A stretch of DNA of 63,176 bases, the filler included, from Octopus bimaculoides (taxonomy: Eukaryota), in assembly GCF_001194135.2 (NCBI RefSeq). It is 5 parts of 5 records of this genome, joined end to end, with 100 filler letters (N's around TTAATTAATTAA, not from the genome) between each part and the next. Parts side by side here need not be neighbours in the genome. Positions count along the whole stretch, not along the records: positions 18,241 to 31,844 come from NC_068995.1; positions 31,945 to 50,241 come from NC_068990.1; 3 more parts are not named here. One strand, 5' to 3'. The notes under the pieces are model-generated. The model saw nothing but the letters and a program-made list of their open reading frames with translations, searched no databases and was not told where the DNA came from. The position numbers were made by a program, and so were the translations under genes. Positions 24,357-39,119 of the stretch are shown here, in pieces. Position 1 is the stretch's first letter; the number at the start of each line of letters is the position of its first letter.

Positions 24357-26343
24357 ATATATATGTATGTATAAATCAAACAATAGGGTAAAAAATTGGA
24401 TATTAATTAATATAAATTTAATACCAGGGAACAAGCACATTAAAAGAATCAGGGAGATTCAGAAAAAATATCTGATGTCTCAAATGATTATTGTATATGG
24501 GTATATAAAAATATATATAAAGGAAGTCACTAGGTGGACTGCTATTATGCTAGAAGAAGATCACATATCATGTGTCTACTAAGACTGAATTATTCTTTGA
24601 TGTTTAGTCTTCACAATATGCTGAATTAGGCATCCACTTGTATTTACTAAGTTCCTCTTACCTGGTATAAATATATATAGTCAATGGAATTCTAACTGAG
24701 TCTAATTTTCACGTTTTATTATTTACAAATTTTACGATTTTAAAATATTGAAGTCAGCTAATACTTTCATGCTCGACAATGGATCATCCAACAGACGAAT
24801 TTAAGAACACCCCCCTTAACCACATAGAGCTATACCACATCCCTCTTGTTACAAAATTAGATAGTATCATCAACAAATTAGACAGTATAATCTTTATTAA
24901 GCTGATTAAATTGGTAGCACTACGTCACTAAAAGTATTTTATGCAAATGAAAAATATATGTGACTATCAAAATCAAAATTCAGACATATCAAATACCAGT
25001 GCAAATACAAGCGTGCATTTAGATTATGTGAAGTCTTCAGTTCTGATACTGGAATTGAACGCTAGATAATAGCTTGATTGGTTAAGTTTTATGTCTAGAA
25101 ATGTATCTTAACATGATACGCGATACAGTGTGCTGTACCTGGAGATGTATAATCATGTGGCATATTGAAGTATGTCATTCGAAGGCATACATTTCATTTG
25201 TATATCTATATACGCATATACGAATATATATATATGTATATGTGTATATGTAAATACATATATATAAGTCTGTAAGTATACAAGTGAGAAGATATATAAA
25301 TAATTGAATGTGTGTACGTGTAAAACACACATCTAATACAATATCAAGTATCCATAGAGAGGAGAATGGAATAAAATGGCGTGTTGTAAAGACATCAAAA
25401 GATGCCCGTATCTTAACTGAGAATATTCAAAAGAAAACAGCATGATTTTTAAGCAGAAAACAAATTGTAACAATTTAACAACGTAAAGAAAAAAAATTAT
25501 CTTCGAAAAAGAAGGTGAAAAAGAAATTGCTGGCTCTTTGTTGGGAATTAGATTTAACAAAATCGGATGATCACGTGACAAAAGATTTCATATATTCCTT
25601 GGAACTATTCGGAAAAGAAATATTGGAAACTGAAGAAGATTTATATTATTACGTGGAATGTAATTGTTGTGGATATGAATTAAAAATTATTATTTGAAAA
25701 ATACATAGCAACATTGAGGTAGTATTAATAAGAATTAGTAACAACAAAAGATCGATTCATAAAGTAACATGTTGATGCAAATTACAGGCAAACATAACTA
25801 CACATAGTCAGGAAAGAATACGAACACAAACAAACACGCGAGTATACGTTTAACAATTCTAACTAGGAAAAGAACACAAGAATACACATCACATATATTA
25901 GATATTTTTTCTTTTGCATAAAACTGACGAAACACTAAATCGGTAATCCAAATAGCATGCTTATGTGCAACAATTGATTTAGCATGTATAGTGGTCATTA
26001 AATTTTCACATGAATGCAAAAACTCATATACAACGATGTATACATATACGCTGAAACACTCTCTCACACACACACACACATGCACACACATTTGTCCATA
26101 GTGCGGAAATACACAATTAGGCATTGCAGGACAAGGACATTTAATTACATTTAATTGAATCTAAAATTTATCTACATAATGAATGGTAAAAATAGTACAA
26201 AATAGCGAAGAGCATGAACATTCTTCCACTATCAAATCTATATTTCTCCGACGACGGAATACCCAACTTACAAATTCTTCACTGGATAAGATACTCCAAT
26301 GGCTGGGATACAGCTATCAGATGCAACATTTACTATTTTATAC

Positions 26344-26377
<34 letters not shown>

Positions 26378-28110
26378 GAGTAAGCACATGAAATGTGCAA
26401 CAAGGTGGAAAAAAGAGTACTCAAAATACCAGAGGTAGAGTAATATGCTTTATTTAAAAGTAGCAGAAATATCACAAAAACTGTTCGTCAGACATGTTTG
26501 TTAGAATGGAACAGAAATGACGATATAATCAAGCAAAAAGAAAAAGAAAAAAAACTAGTGTAAAGGATACACCTTTGAAAATGTTCTTGTTTCATAGGTA
26601 ACTTTCAACTAACGGCCTTAATCATGCAAGGAACAAAATAAATTTAGTATAAATTCATCCTATCGTAAAATCGAAGAAAACCTTAAATCGAAGGACAGAT
26701 TTCAAATACGTATGGTAAATAATCATATACAAAATATAAGTCAAGTAATAGATTAAAATTTAAAATTTTACGCTATATTACATAAATAATTTTTCAGTAG
26801 TATATACGCATTCTTAATCATCTATAATATACACATATACAGAAAAATACACAGATGCATGTACATAGTTATATACATATTTAGGCATACATATATGACA
26901 TAAATATAGACATAAATACACACATATACATATATGTATATATACATGCACGCGTATAAAATCTCTTGGTGTATACATATACATCTAAGACATAAATAGA
27001 TACACGATTACACATATACATATATGACCCAATGCATATATATATAAACAATATCGACCGCACATACTCAAAGTATCTAGTCCGCTTATTCGTCAAAACT
27101 GAACAGAACACACACAAACACACACACACACACACACACTCACAAACACACACACATACACACACGGACACATATACACACACGCACGCACACACGGAGA
27201 GACGCACACACAGAGAGACGCACACACAGAGAGACGCACACACACACACACACATACACACACACACACACGGACAAATACACACACACGCATGAACACA
27301 CGCGCACACACACATGCATATTCTAAAGTCAATTCCTCCGCCTATAAATCTTTTCCAGATATATATACCATGATGTGTAGCAACTGCAATTATCTTGCTA
27401 GTCGAATATTTCGATGTACTACTTGTCTCCAAATTAGTGAATGTTTTCGATATTCAAATTATGCGTTGAAATGATCTGCACAAAATATGCTAATTGGTAA
27501 TTCGAGGACTGCAAATTGCTAAAAATTCTAACATTGATTTTATAATTTTTCTTCAGTTAGCTGCTGTGATTTCAGTCATAAAAGAAGAATGTACATGGTG
27601 ATGTTAAAAATAATCGTCGCATATATTCATTTCAATAAGACCATTAAAATATCCGTTGCTAAATGTAAGATTTGTAATGTGAAATGATCAATCTTTCGGT
27701 TGCATTAATCTCGTTACCATGTTAGATATCGCAAGCTATTGCCATCGGCTACAGCAGATAAATATTCAGAACCTAAGCAAATCTTCACATACTTAATATA
27801 CACGATTTAGAGTAACAGAACAGTTCCCAAAATACCTACCTACATACATACATACATACATACATACATACATACATGTATATATATATATATATATATG
27901 GCGGTGCCCCAGCATGGCCACAGCTCATGAATTGAAACTAGATAAAATGAATATATATATATATATATATATATAATAAATGCGAAAACTGATTTCTGGG
28001 TCACTGTCAAACAATTATTCGCACTCTGTCAATATTCAATGATATTCCTACTATTCCTCATGACGGGGCGGGAGTATTAGTAGGCATAGAGACGGTTAGG
28101 GTAGTGGCGA

Positions 28111-28204
<94 letters not shown>

Positions 28205-28435
28205 AGAGAAAGAAAAAGAGAGGGAGAGAAAGAGAGACAATGAAATCCAGGGAGAGTTGACGATGTTGACAATTTTAAAAGTACCAGTGTAGTGGGAGTA
28301 ATAAAGAAAGAGAAAAATGGGTGTGTGAGATGATGTACAATTTTGTTTAACCATGTGTCTTTGAATGAAATTCCTGTTGCCAACATACTGAAAACTATCA
28401 TTTTTGCATTTCTGTTTTATATTTTGCTTTCGTTA

Positions 28436-28493
<58 letters not shown>

Positions 28494-28669
28494 ACACACA
28501 CACACACACATACACACACACACACAAACACACACACATACACACACACACACACAAATATATATATAAATTACACTTTAATTGAAATAAAGTTTCCCTA
28601 AAATTAAACATGTCTAATAAATTAATGTGAATGTCAGTGTATCACACTTTTTCAACTTTAATATATCCT

Positions 28670-28878
28670 TTTTACTGGAAGCACAAGACCCCAAATTTTT
28701 TGGGAAGGTATTAAGTCGATTACATCGACCCCTGTACATAACTGGTAGTAATTCTACTGACCTCCAAAAGGTTGAAAGGCAGAGTGGATCTCGTTGGAAT
28801 TCAAACTCAAAACCCAGTCGTTAGCTGAAATATCGCTAAGCATTCGGCCCGGCGTGCTAACGATTCTGCCATCTCGCA
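28670..28878 (-). mobile_element. SINE family 2 copy
   Basis: Reverse complement of GGCAGAATCGTTAGCACGCCGGGC..TGCTTAGCG..GAGTTTGAATTCC..GTCGATGTAATCGAC. Confidence 0.8.
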
Positions 28879-28880
28879 GA

Positions 28881-29488
28881 ATATAATAATATAATATAAT
28901 AGTATAATATAATAAATGCGAATGTCTGTGTGTCAGTGTGTCACTCTAGTATAATATAATATAATAAATGTGAATGTCAGTGTGTCAGTGAGTTACACAT
29001 TTGCAACTTCACTCCTAGAGGTCGTAGCCCAACATATGCCATTTTGGAATCACGCTGACTCCGTGAGTAAATTGAAAACATTCGACACCGAAACCGGACG
29101 CACAGTCCTAAAAGTTTGGATTCCCAAGTCTTCATTACTGTGATTGATTTCGGCGATTTTTTACGTGCTTTTTTGCGATTTTTTTTGTTTTATACGAAAA
29201 TAATTTTTATAATTTAACGGCCAAATCTATGAGTAAATTAAGAACATTCCTCGCCGAACCCGGACCTGCAATCCTGAAAATTCAGATTCCTATAATTTCA
29301 TTTCTGCGATTGATTTTGTCGATTTTTTACATGACTTCTTGCGACGAATATGATCATCGTTGGAATCTGACTCTAGAGGAAGCAATTGCAACTATTTCTT
29401 TAAAACAAGTCAGAGATCTGTTTGCAGATCTAACTATTCAGGGTCAGTTGCTTAGAAGGCATTCACTTGCTTAAAAGCCGCTCGAAGC

Positions 29489-29491
<3 letters not shown>
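28881..29491 (+). mobile_element. Possible non-autonomous Helitron-like tandem
   Basis: (TATAA)n-TAAATGYGAATGTC starts at about 28910 and 28962, with CTAG|T ends at 28946-28949 and 29488-29491; internal diverged ~115-bp direct repeat (about 29053 and 29229). Terminal hairpin is weak. Confidence 0.4.
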
Positions 29492-29553
<62 letters not shown>

Positions 29554-29565
29554 CACACACACACA

Positions 29566-30082
29566 TATTAATCAATTTAAAACCAGTGGCTTGGCATATT
29601 TAAAAAGTCCGAAGATTAAAAATTATATTTCATATAAAATTAAGAGGAATGACCACGAAAGTCCTAATATGCTAAATATAGACGTCAAATCGCCATTACC
29701 ACGAAGAGTGTGTTCGCAAGAAAAATTGAAGCAAACCGCCAAAATGTAAAAATGAGCAAGTCAAATGAAAATATACGAAATAAAAAGCGATTACCTACGT
29801 GCCATGGTTTCACTTGTTAATATTTACGTATGTAAATATCTGCAACCTCACCAGCGTCGTCTGTCGCTTACAAAATACAATTTACCGAACTAGACACAGA
29901 ACGCTCACCCGAAAGAGAGCATGTATAAAGTTCTGCAAGCTATATTTGTTGGTATTTTTCCAAATGTCTTCAATTTGGTGCGCTGAGGCTGCAAATAACT
30001 CAGCAGCCAATAGTATTTTTTCTTCAGAACACACTCTTCGTGGTAATGGCGATTGACATGTATATTTAGCATATTAGGAGTC
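29566..30082. mobile_element. Long-TIR (foldback/MITE-like) DNA element
   Basis: 29661-29716 is the reverse complement of 30027-30080; the outer end 29566-29600 is found inverted at 57730-57763. Confidence 0.65.
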
Positions 30083-30089
30083 CATTGTT

Positions 30090-30445
30090 TGTCGTAGCAT
30101 GTTTACCGTGCAGAATATTCTCAACTCTCTCATGTGACATGCTAAGAGCATTGATTATTTAATTTATATTCAATTGCCTGTCATCCTCTACCACATGGTG
30201 AGCATGATCAACATGTTGGTTGATGTTGGCAGTCAGTTTCAAGAACTCCAGATATTGGATAATCTTCAAGGTCCATCCGTCTACTAAATTCAGCAGCCTA
30301 CGTTTATACTGTTGATAAAACTGGTGTATCTTCCCCTAATGTAACAACCATGTTAGTGTGAATGTCCTTGATGGCTACACCCGTTTTCTCTAGGTACTTA
30401 AAACCATCACAATGCCAACTCTTCTCTATTTTCAAAAGCATTCGC
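30090..30445 (-). mobile_element. Mariner transposase N-terminal remnant
   Basis: KYLEKTGVAIKDIHTNMVVTLGEDTPVLSTV*T*AAEFSR..LED.P.SG matches the mariner HTH pattern (KDIHADMVATLG..PALSTV.KWAAEF). Confidence 0.85.
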
Positions 30446-31409
30446 CATTAGTTACTTTTGATGTCTTCTTTGAATGTCAGTTTATGTAGAAAGAACAGTT
30501 GAAAGTAATGCATGCTAGATATTACAGCTCTAGAATCATTCCTTCTTAGTTGGTCTATGTACTTTTCAGCTGATCACTGTGGTAATATAAATAAATATAT
30601 ATATATATATATANNNNNNNNNNNNNNNNNNNNNNNNNNNNNNNNNNNNNNNNNNNNNNNNNNNNNNNNNNNNNNNNNNNNNNNNNNNNNNNNNNNNNNN
30701 NNNNNNNNNNNNNNNNNNNNNNNNNNNNNNNNNNNNNNNNNNNNNNNNNNNNNNNNNNNNNNNNNNNNNNNNNNNNNNNNNNNNNNNNNNNNNNNNNNNN
30801 NNNNNNNNNNNNNNNNNNNNNNNNNNNNNNNNNNNNNNNNNNNNNNNNNNNNNNNNNNNNNNNNNNNNNNNNNNNNNNNNNNNNNNNNNNNNNNNNNNNN
30901 NNNNNNNNNNNNNNNNNNNNNNNNNNNNNNNNNNNNNNNNNNNNNNNNNNNNNNNNNNNNNNNNNNNNNNNNNNNNNNNNNNNNNNNNNNNNNNNNNNNN
31001 NNNNNNNNNNNNNNNNNNNNNNNNNNNNNNNNNNNNNNNNNNNNNNNNNNNNNNNNNNNNNNNNNNNNNNNNNNNNNNNNNNNNNNNNNNNNNNNNNNNN
31101 NNNNNNNNNNNNNNNNNNNNNNNNNNNNNNNNNNNNNNNNNNNNNNNNNNNNNNNNNNNNNNNNNNNNNNNNNNNNNNNNNNNNNNNNNNNNNNNNNNNN
31201 NNNNNNNNNNNNNNNNNNNNNNNNNNNNNNNNNNNNNNNNNNNNNNNNNNNNNNNNNNNNNNNNNNNNNNNNNNNNNNNNNNNNNNNNNNNNNNNNNNNN
31301 NNNNNNNNNNNNNNTATATATATATATATATATATATCGTTTTTCTATCGTTTTTCTATCGTTTTTCTATTTGGTTTGCAATTAATGTCCTATTAATTAA
31401 CATACTCAC

Positions 31410-31470
<61 letters not shown>

Positions 31471-31844
31471 AGGTAGGTAGGTAGGTAGGCTAATGGATAT
31501 GTAGGTAAACAGACAGATAAGGAGATAGGTACATAAGTAATACGGACACACTCGCATACATAGCATACATACATACATTCATACATATGTGTATACACAT
31601 AATCACTGAGGCACACACATGTGCCCAAGTAAATAAACAGAGAGAACGCAGCTCCGATAACGGACAGTGTCAACAGCTATTGAAGAGGTTGCAAGAATCA
31701 ACCACAATTTTAGAAAAAAAAATTGAATAAATAAGTAAATGAGGTGAAATGCAACCGCTGAGTGTGTTAATTTACAAGGCATTAAAACAGAATGACTCGC
31801 CCCAGACACAACAAGATACACACACACACACACACACACACACA

Positions 31845-31944
31845 NNNNNNNNNNNNNNNNNNNNNNNNNNNNNNNNNNNNNNNNNNNNTTAATTAATTAA
31901 NNNNNNNNNNNNNNNNNNNNNNNNNNNNNNNNNNNNNNNNNNNN
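31845..31944. other. Artificial assembly join: 44 N + TTAATTAATTAA + 44 N
   Basis: Linker at 31889-31900. Confidence 0.95.
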
Positions 31945-34046
31945 GTATATTTAGTTCACGTTAAATCGTTAAATGCGGAAAGTAGTTTTCCCCCAAAGTT
32001 TTGAAAACAAAAAACATTCTTTTCTTCTGCTGAGAGAAACGCTGACACGTCCGATGATATTTGTTTTTTAACAAAACTCATTTTTATTGTTTTCTTAATT
32101 TTTCCCGTATAGTTCATAAAAAATGCTATCATAGCTCAAAAACCAAATACCTTTCGGGGTGGATTCCAAAACTGCAAAAAAAAAAAAAAAATATTGCAGA
32201 AACTGAAGATATGAACTTCTTTTTTCTTGTATAACAAAGAACCTTACTGGAATGAGTATAAATTTTATTTACGCAATCAAAATTTATATATCATCGCGGT
32301 ACTAAGTAACTATATTTCATTAATATACGGTTAGAACGATTTATAATGCAATCCGTATATCTAAAGAGAAGAACGAAGATATTAGGTGAAGAATAGAGCA
32401 TACCCCTACATAACTCAGAGCAGGATAGAGGATAATGATTCTTCTCGAGTTATAGTGACTCTTCGGACCGGTTTCCTGGTTCCTGAGTCTCATATCATTC
32501 CCTCCACCAAATGGGATTCCGGTCCGTCGCAGGATTACTCAATGTTACTAGCTGAGTACAACAAGATATAGAGTGTTTTGCTGAAGAACACAACGCGTCG
32601 CCCTGTCCAGTAATCGAAACCACAATCTTATGATCATGAATTGAATACATTAAATACACAAAGTCACCGGTCTCCACTACATAATTTGGCAGAATAATAT
32701 ATTTATCCACGCTTGTCACTGATTCATTCATTCATCACTAACCATTCATCCCTGATCCGGGATAACACGGTACACTCAATTCCCAACTTATCACGAATTG
32801 ATCTGTTATGTGATGACACAGGTCGAGAATCAGTCAAAGAACCTGCTTAAGCCGCAAGAATTCGCACCAGCAACAGTTGTCAATGTTCAGGACAACTTGG
32901 GATCTCGGAACGAAATCTTTTTTTTTTTTTAGTTTCTCCTTGTTCTGTTATTCATCATTGATTCATTTAACACGGTGTTCTTTATTTCCTTGTTTCCAAA
33001 ACCGAACAACCATCATAAACTAGGACAGATGCTTCTGATTGTCATAACCTCTACAAATTGTAAGCATAGCAACGTGACATAACGATCTGGTTCGGAGGAA
33101 AGAATATTTGCAATAGCAGTAAAAGACATAAGTGAAACAAATGTTGATTTGTGATTACACGGGTAGACAATTTGTCAAATTCTTTCTTGGACCGCAAAAG
33201 CTCACCTCAACGACCAGCAACAATACTGAAGACAACTTGAGGTCACGAAATAAAATCTGTTTTGCGCTATGCTCCATTATTTTTCACTGATTTACTTAAC
33301 TCAGTTTAATTTAAAAAAAAAAAACCATTGTAAACAAGGATAAGTATTTATAACTATTAAAACCTCTGCCAGCGGTAAGGTAAGTATAACAACTAAACAT
33401 AACGATTAGGGTCAGAGAAAAGAACACTTTCAACGGAAGTATATGAAATTGGTGTAACAGGTGTTGAGATATTGTGAAGCATAAAACGCTAATGAAATAA
33501 GGAATATATCGAAGCCAAACCAGCATGGCCGTAGTCTAATGACTACGTATTTGTTTCACGCAACCACTTGACACCTGAATCGAGTTACCTTACGTTCCGG
33601 CAACTTAACACGTCGGCAAAAGGCAGCGATACAATAAGTACCAAATTTAGAAACAAATAGTAGGGCTAATTGCTCCACTGAGACCATCAGTAGATGACCC
33701 AGCTTGGCCACAGTCCAAAGACTGAAATAAGTAATAGATCAACGGTGAAAAGATTATATCTCACTCTTTCACCATCCAGTCAGTGTTTGTGTTTTATTGC
33801 ATGCATCATTTATAATAAACAAACTGCTTCCTTGCTAAAATGCAAATGATATTCAAAACTCATATCATTCAACTGATTACAACAACAATAGTATCAACAA
33901 CGAATCCAGTTAGCACCAGTGGCAATCACAACAACAATAACAAGCACAACAACAACACCATCAGCCATAAGAACTGAATGACAAAAAAAATTAAAAAGAA
34001 AGCAAGAATGGAAAATGAGGGAAATAAATAAATAATTAAATAAATA

Positions 34047-34082
<36 letters not shown>

Positions 34083-35032
34083 AACCCAGTGTAGATTTCA
34101 TTTATTAATCTTTTGAAAAGATTAAATATATTGCGATAAACACGAAAACGAAAAATTAAAAACAGCCATTTTGAAAGAAATTTACTTTGATATATNNNNN
34201 NNNNNNNNNNNNNNNNNNNNNNNNNNNNNNNNNNNNNNNNNNNNNNNNNNNNNNNNNNNNNNNNNNNNNNNNNNNNNNNNNNNNNNNNNNNNNNNNNNNN
34301 NNNNNNNNNNNNNNNNNNNNNNNNNNNNNNNNNNNNNNNNNNNNNNNNNNNNNNNNNNNNNNNNNNNNNNNNNNNNNNNNNNNNNNNNNNNNNNNNNNNN
34401 NNNNNNNNTATATATATATATATATATGTACATACATACACACACATACATAGATACATACAGGCATATATACACATAAATATATACAAAGATATGTAGT
34501 ATACACACACTAACACACGCACAAATATACACACATACGTTTCCTTCTTTCAAAACACAAACAGCTTCTATCAAACAGCTTTTAGATGCATACTATTCGA
34601 AGTCGATCTGAACGAAGAAAATGTGGTAGGGAGTGGTGTTTAATTGTCTTAACAGCTGTCACACTTCACATATGTATTGAAAGTTTATTGTATAAGGATA
34701 CAAAGAAAGAAAAACTATCTATAATACTTTATTTTTTTAACTTTGTTTCGGTCTAATTGAGAACGACAAAGACTTTAGAATAAAAATCAAATGTAGATAA
34801 CAAGAAAATGTTATATTACATTGAAACTATAAAGATTTTAGTGGTTGTAGATAAGTTTAAAGAAAAAGAATTACCCCAAATATATGCAGATGTATATGCA
34901 CATAGAGGCACATATGAACGTGTGTATGCGCATGTATGTGCGTATGGGTGTGCATAAAATTGTGGGTGGAGGGTGTTACATGTGTTAAGCGTTATGTGTG
35001 TGCTTCCATACATGGACATATATATGAATATG

Positions 35033-35077
<45 letters not shown>

Positions 35078-36077
35078 NNNNNNNNNNNNNNNNNNNNNNN
35101 NNNNNNNNNNNNNNNNNNNNNNNNNNNNNNNNNNNNNNNNNNNNNNNNNNNNNNNNNNNNNNNNNNNNNNNNNNNNNNNNNNNNNNNNNNNNNNNNNNNN
35201 NNNNNNNNNNNNNNNNNNNNNNNNNNNNNNNNNNNNNNNNNNNNNNNNNNNNNNNNNNNNNNNNNNNNNNNNNNNNNNNNNNNNNNNNNNNNNNNNNNNN
35301 NNNNNNNNNNNNNNNNNNNNNNNNNNNNNNNNNNNNNNNNNNNNNNNNNNNNNNNNNNNNNNNNNNNNNNNNNNNNNNNNNNNNNNNNNNNNNNNNNNNN
35401 NNNNNNNNNNNNNNNNNNNNNNNNNNNNNNNNNNNNNNNNNNNNNNNNNNNNNNNNNNNNNNNNNNNNNNNNNNNNNNNNNNNNNNNNNNNNNNNNNNNN
35501 NNNNNNNNNNNNNNNNNNNNNNNNNTATATATGAAGAGAAAGAGTGTATGTGTGCGTGTTTGTATAGGGGAGAGAGAGAGAGAGGGGGGAGAAAGCGAAA
35601 CAGGCAGACAGGCAGATAGACAGGCAGACAGACAAACAAACCGACACCGAGGAACTGAGAGAGAAAGAGAGTGAGAGAGAGAATTATAGCGGACAGCAGA
35701 TGGGAATGTAAAACAGCAAAAAGCGGCATGATAAATAACAGAGATATATTTATGTATATGAAGTGAAAGAATCAATATTTGCTATAGTTCGTAAGCATTA
35801 TTTATCATCTTTGCAACTTTCACACTATTGTTTATATTGATTTTGATTAGAGTATTTCCATAACCTTAAAGTTTGCCGTGTGTGCTGTGTGTTCGCGTGT
35901 GAATGTGTTTATTTAATAAATTACCACGTGTCACAATAACAAGTTGACAGCAACAACATCGGCATAAACATATACCATTTGTTTAACTTACTAAATAGTA
36001 CAAAAGACTGTCTTCATAGCCGAATGCATTTGTAATACTATACGTATATACCTACCTACCTACATATATATATATAT

Positions 36078-36131
<54 letters not shown>

Positions 36132-36176
36132 NNNNNNNNNNNNNNNNNNNNNNNNNNNNNNNNNNNNNNNNNNNNN

Positions 36177-36223
<47 letters not shown>

Positions 36224-36375
36224 ACTCACACGCAGTTACAGCTGGTGATTCTCTTAAATGCCTTCTACGAGAACTCAATACGACCAACAAGATTTACTTT
36301 TGTTTTTATCGTTTTATCAACTACAAAGATGATTTTTTTTACTTCCTAGTTCTGGCCTGTTTACAAAATTGCTCA

Positions 36376-36920
<545 letters not shown>

Positions 36921-36944
36921 TTCCTTCAACTGGCTGATACTCTC

Positions 36945-37705
36945 CCAAAAATTCGCAACTCTAATCAAAGTAATTGGTAAAATCCACCTTGAACTTAAGG
37001 ATATAATTTCAGCTAAGGATATCGATATTACAGATCTCAACCACTCGTACTATGTATCCGCGAAAATCTCAACGATTCTCTATGGTGAAACGATTAAAAA
37101 ACGACAATACGAAAATCCTACTTCGCAAGAGCGTATTCAACCTCAAGCTCAGCTACTTAGGTCTGACATAGAATGTTTAAAAAATTAGATGTCACTGGAA
37201 ACAAGCACAGAAAAAGCCAAGTGTATGAAAACCCCTGCTAAAATTGCTGCCGTTGATATTTTTACTGATAAATGGCAGGAAAAACCTCTCAATGGCAAAT
37301 ACCCAAAGAGAGCTAATAATACCGGTGTTGACAAAGCCCTTACCCATCAATAGTTAGTGTCTTCTAGTCTAAAATCAAAAACAGAAAGGTTTATCATAGC
37401 AGTTCAAGATCAATGCTTATCTGCAAGGAGCTACTAAGCTAACATATTAAAGAACAGCAGCCCAACATGTCGTGTATGTAAACAACAAAATGTAACCATT
37501 GATCCTGTTGTCTCCATGTGCAGTCTTCTTGCGCCTACAGAGTATCTCAACCGGCATGATAAATCAGCACAGTATATTCACTGGGTAAAGTGCGAAAACC
37601 TGAACCTGTCCCATGATAAAAACTGGTGGGAACACAAACCACCTCCAGTACTTGAAAATGATCACATGTCACTCGTCTGGAACTTCACCGTTCAAACGGA
37701 CACAT
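36945..37705 (+). mobile_element. Internally deleted Dong/R4-like element
   Basis: N-terminal DITDLNHSYYVSA..QERIQ..LRSDI joined to C-terminal WQEKPLNGKYP..AVQDQCL..CRVC..C..EYLNRHDKSAQYIHW..WWEHKPPPVLEN..LVWNFTVQTD (zinc knuckle and RHD motif). Confidence 0.85.
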
Positions 37706-38699
37706 AGTCTTTAATACCTGTGACACTCACTATTGTATTTCTCCTTCCTATAAACGTGCATGGACTCGAGCACATAAGCAGAGATTTAACAAACGTCTTT
37801 AGCTTGAATTTTGGTTGATGTTTTGTCCTTGACACTGAGGCAAGTCGTATCGTAACCATTCCCCACCACGATTAAGAGAATTTTTTTTCCGATTTAACTT
37901 ACGGTGTTTCTTTTAACTGTCTCTTCGTTGGCAATGTGAAAAAAAAAAACCATCACCCTCCTTGAAATAAACGATTTAAATTGTTTTTCTTTTATCTCTC
38001 TTTCGGATTTGATATTGAGTCGAAGCACATTGTTGGGTTCGTGAAAATTCTCTCAATTATTTTTGATGAAATTTTCTTAAACCTAAAATCNNNNNNNNNN
38101 NNNNNNNNNNNNNNNNNNNNNNNNNNNNNNNNNNNNNNNNNNNNNNNNNNNNNNNNNNNNNNNNNNNNNNNNNNNNNNNNNNNNNNNNNNNNNNNNNNNN
38201 NNNNNNNNNNNNNNNNNNNNNNNNNNNNNNNNNNNNNNNNNNNNNNNNNNNNNNNNNNNNNNNNNNNNNNNNNNNNNNNNNNNNNNNNNNNNNNNNNNNN
38301 NNNNNNNNNNNNNNNNNNNNNNNNNNNNNNNNNNNNNNNNNNNNNNNNNNNNNNNNNNNNNNNNNNNNNNNNNNNNNNNNNNNNNNNNNNNNNNNNNNNN
38401 NNNNNNNNNNNNNNNNNNNNNNNNNNNNNNNNNNNNNNNNNNNNNNNNNNNNNNNNNNNNNNNNNNNNNNNNNNNNNNNNNNNNNNNNNNNNNNNNNNNN
38501 NNNNNNNNNNNNNNNNNNNNNNNNNNNNNNNNNNNNNNNNNNNNNNNNNNNNNNNNNNNNNNNNNNNNGGCGAGAAAATCAAGCCCAGAACTTATTTTTT
38601 AATATCTATCCCTTAGTGAAACTCCTAAGTTGAAGGGACATAAACAAACCAACAATGTTTCTCAAGCAGTATGCAGGACAAAAACAACAAAACTCACTG

Positions 38700-38955
38700 A
38701 GATAGACAAATACATATACGATGAGCTTCCACGACGTTTCTGTCTATCAAATTCACTTACAAGCGATGTTGGTGGGGGACAAACATATACACACACATAC
38801 ATATCTACATATATACGACGGGCTTCTTTTAGTTTCCGTCTACCAAATTCACTCACAAGGCTTTGGTCGGCCCGAGGCTATAGTAGAAGACACTTGCCCA
38901 AGGTGGCACACAGTGGGACTGAACCCGGAACCATGTGATTCGTAAGCAAGCTACT
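38700..38955 (-). mobile_element. SINE family 1, head and middle
   Basis: Near-identical to 24130-24330. Confidence 0.9.
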
Positions 38956-39119
38956 TTATTTCATAAATGTTTACCATAAAGGCATTACAAAGAGGGGACG
39001 AACAAGGACAGAGAAACATTAAAAGGGGTGAAGTAACTGTATTTATTAAATATTTACAATTTTAAATATACAATAATAATTTGATTATATTTACAATGTT
39101 CGATTAAAGTATTCCTCAT

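Noticed and set aside
26470-26500. CTGACGA on the minus strand in a repeat-like context
   Set aside because: No following stem and GAAA in this copy, so a ribozyme cannot be supported.
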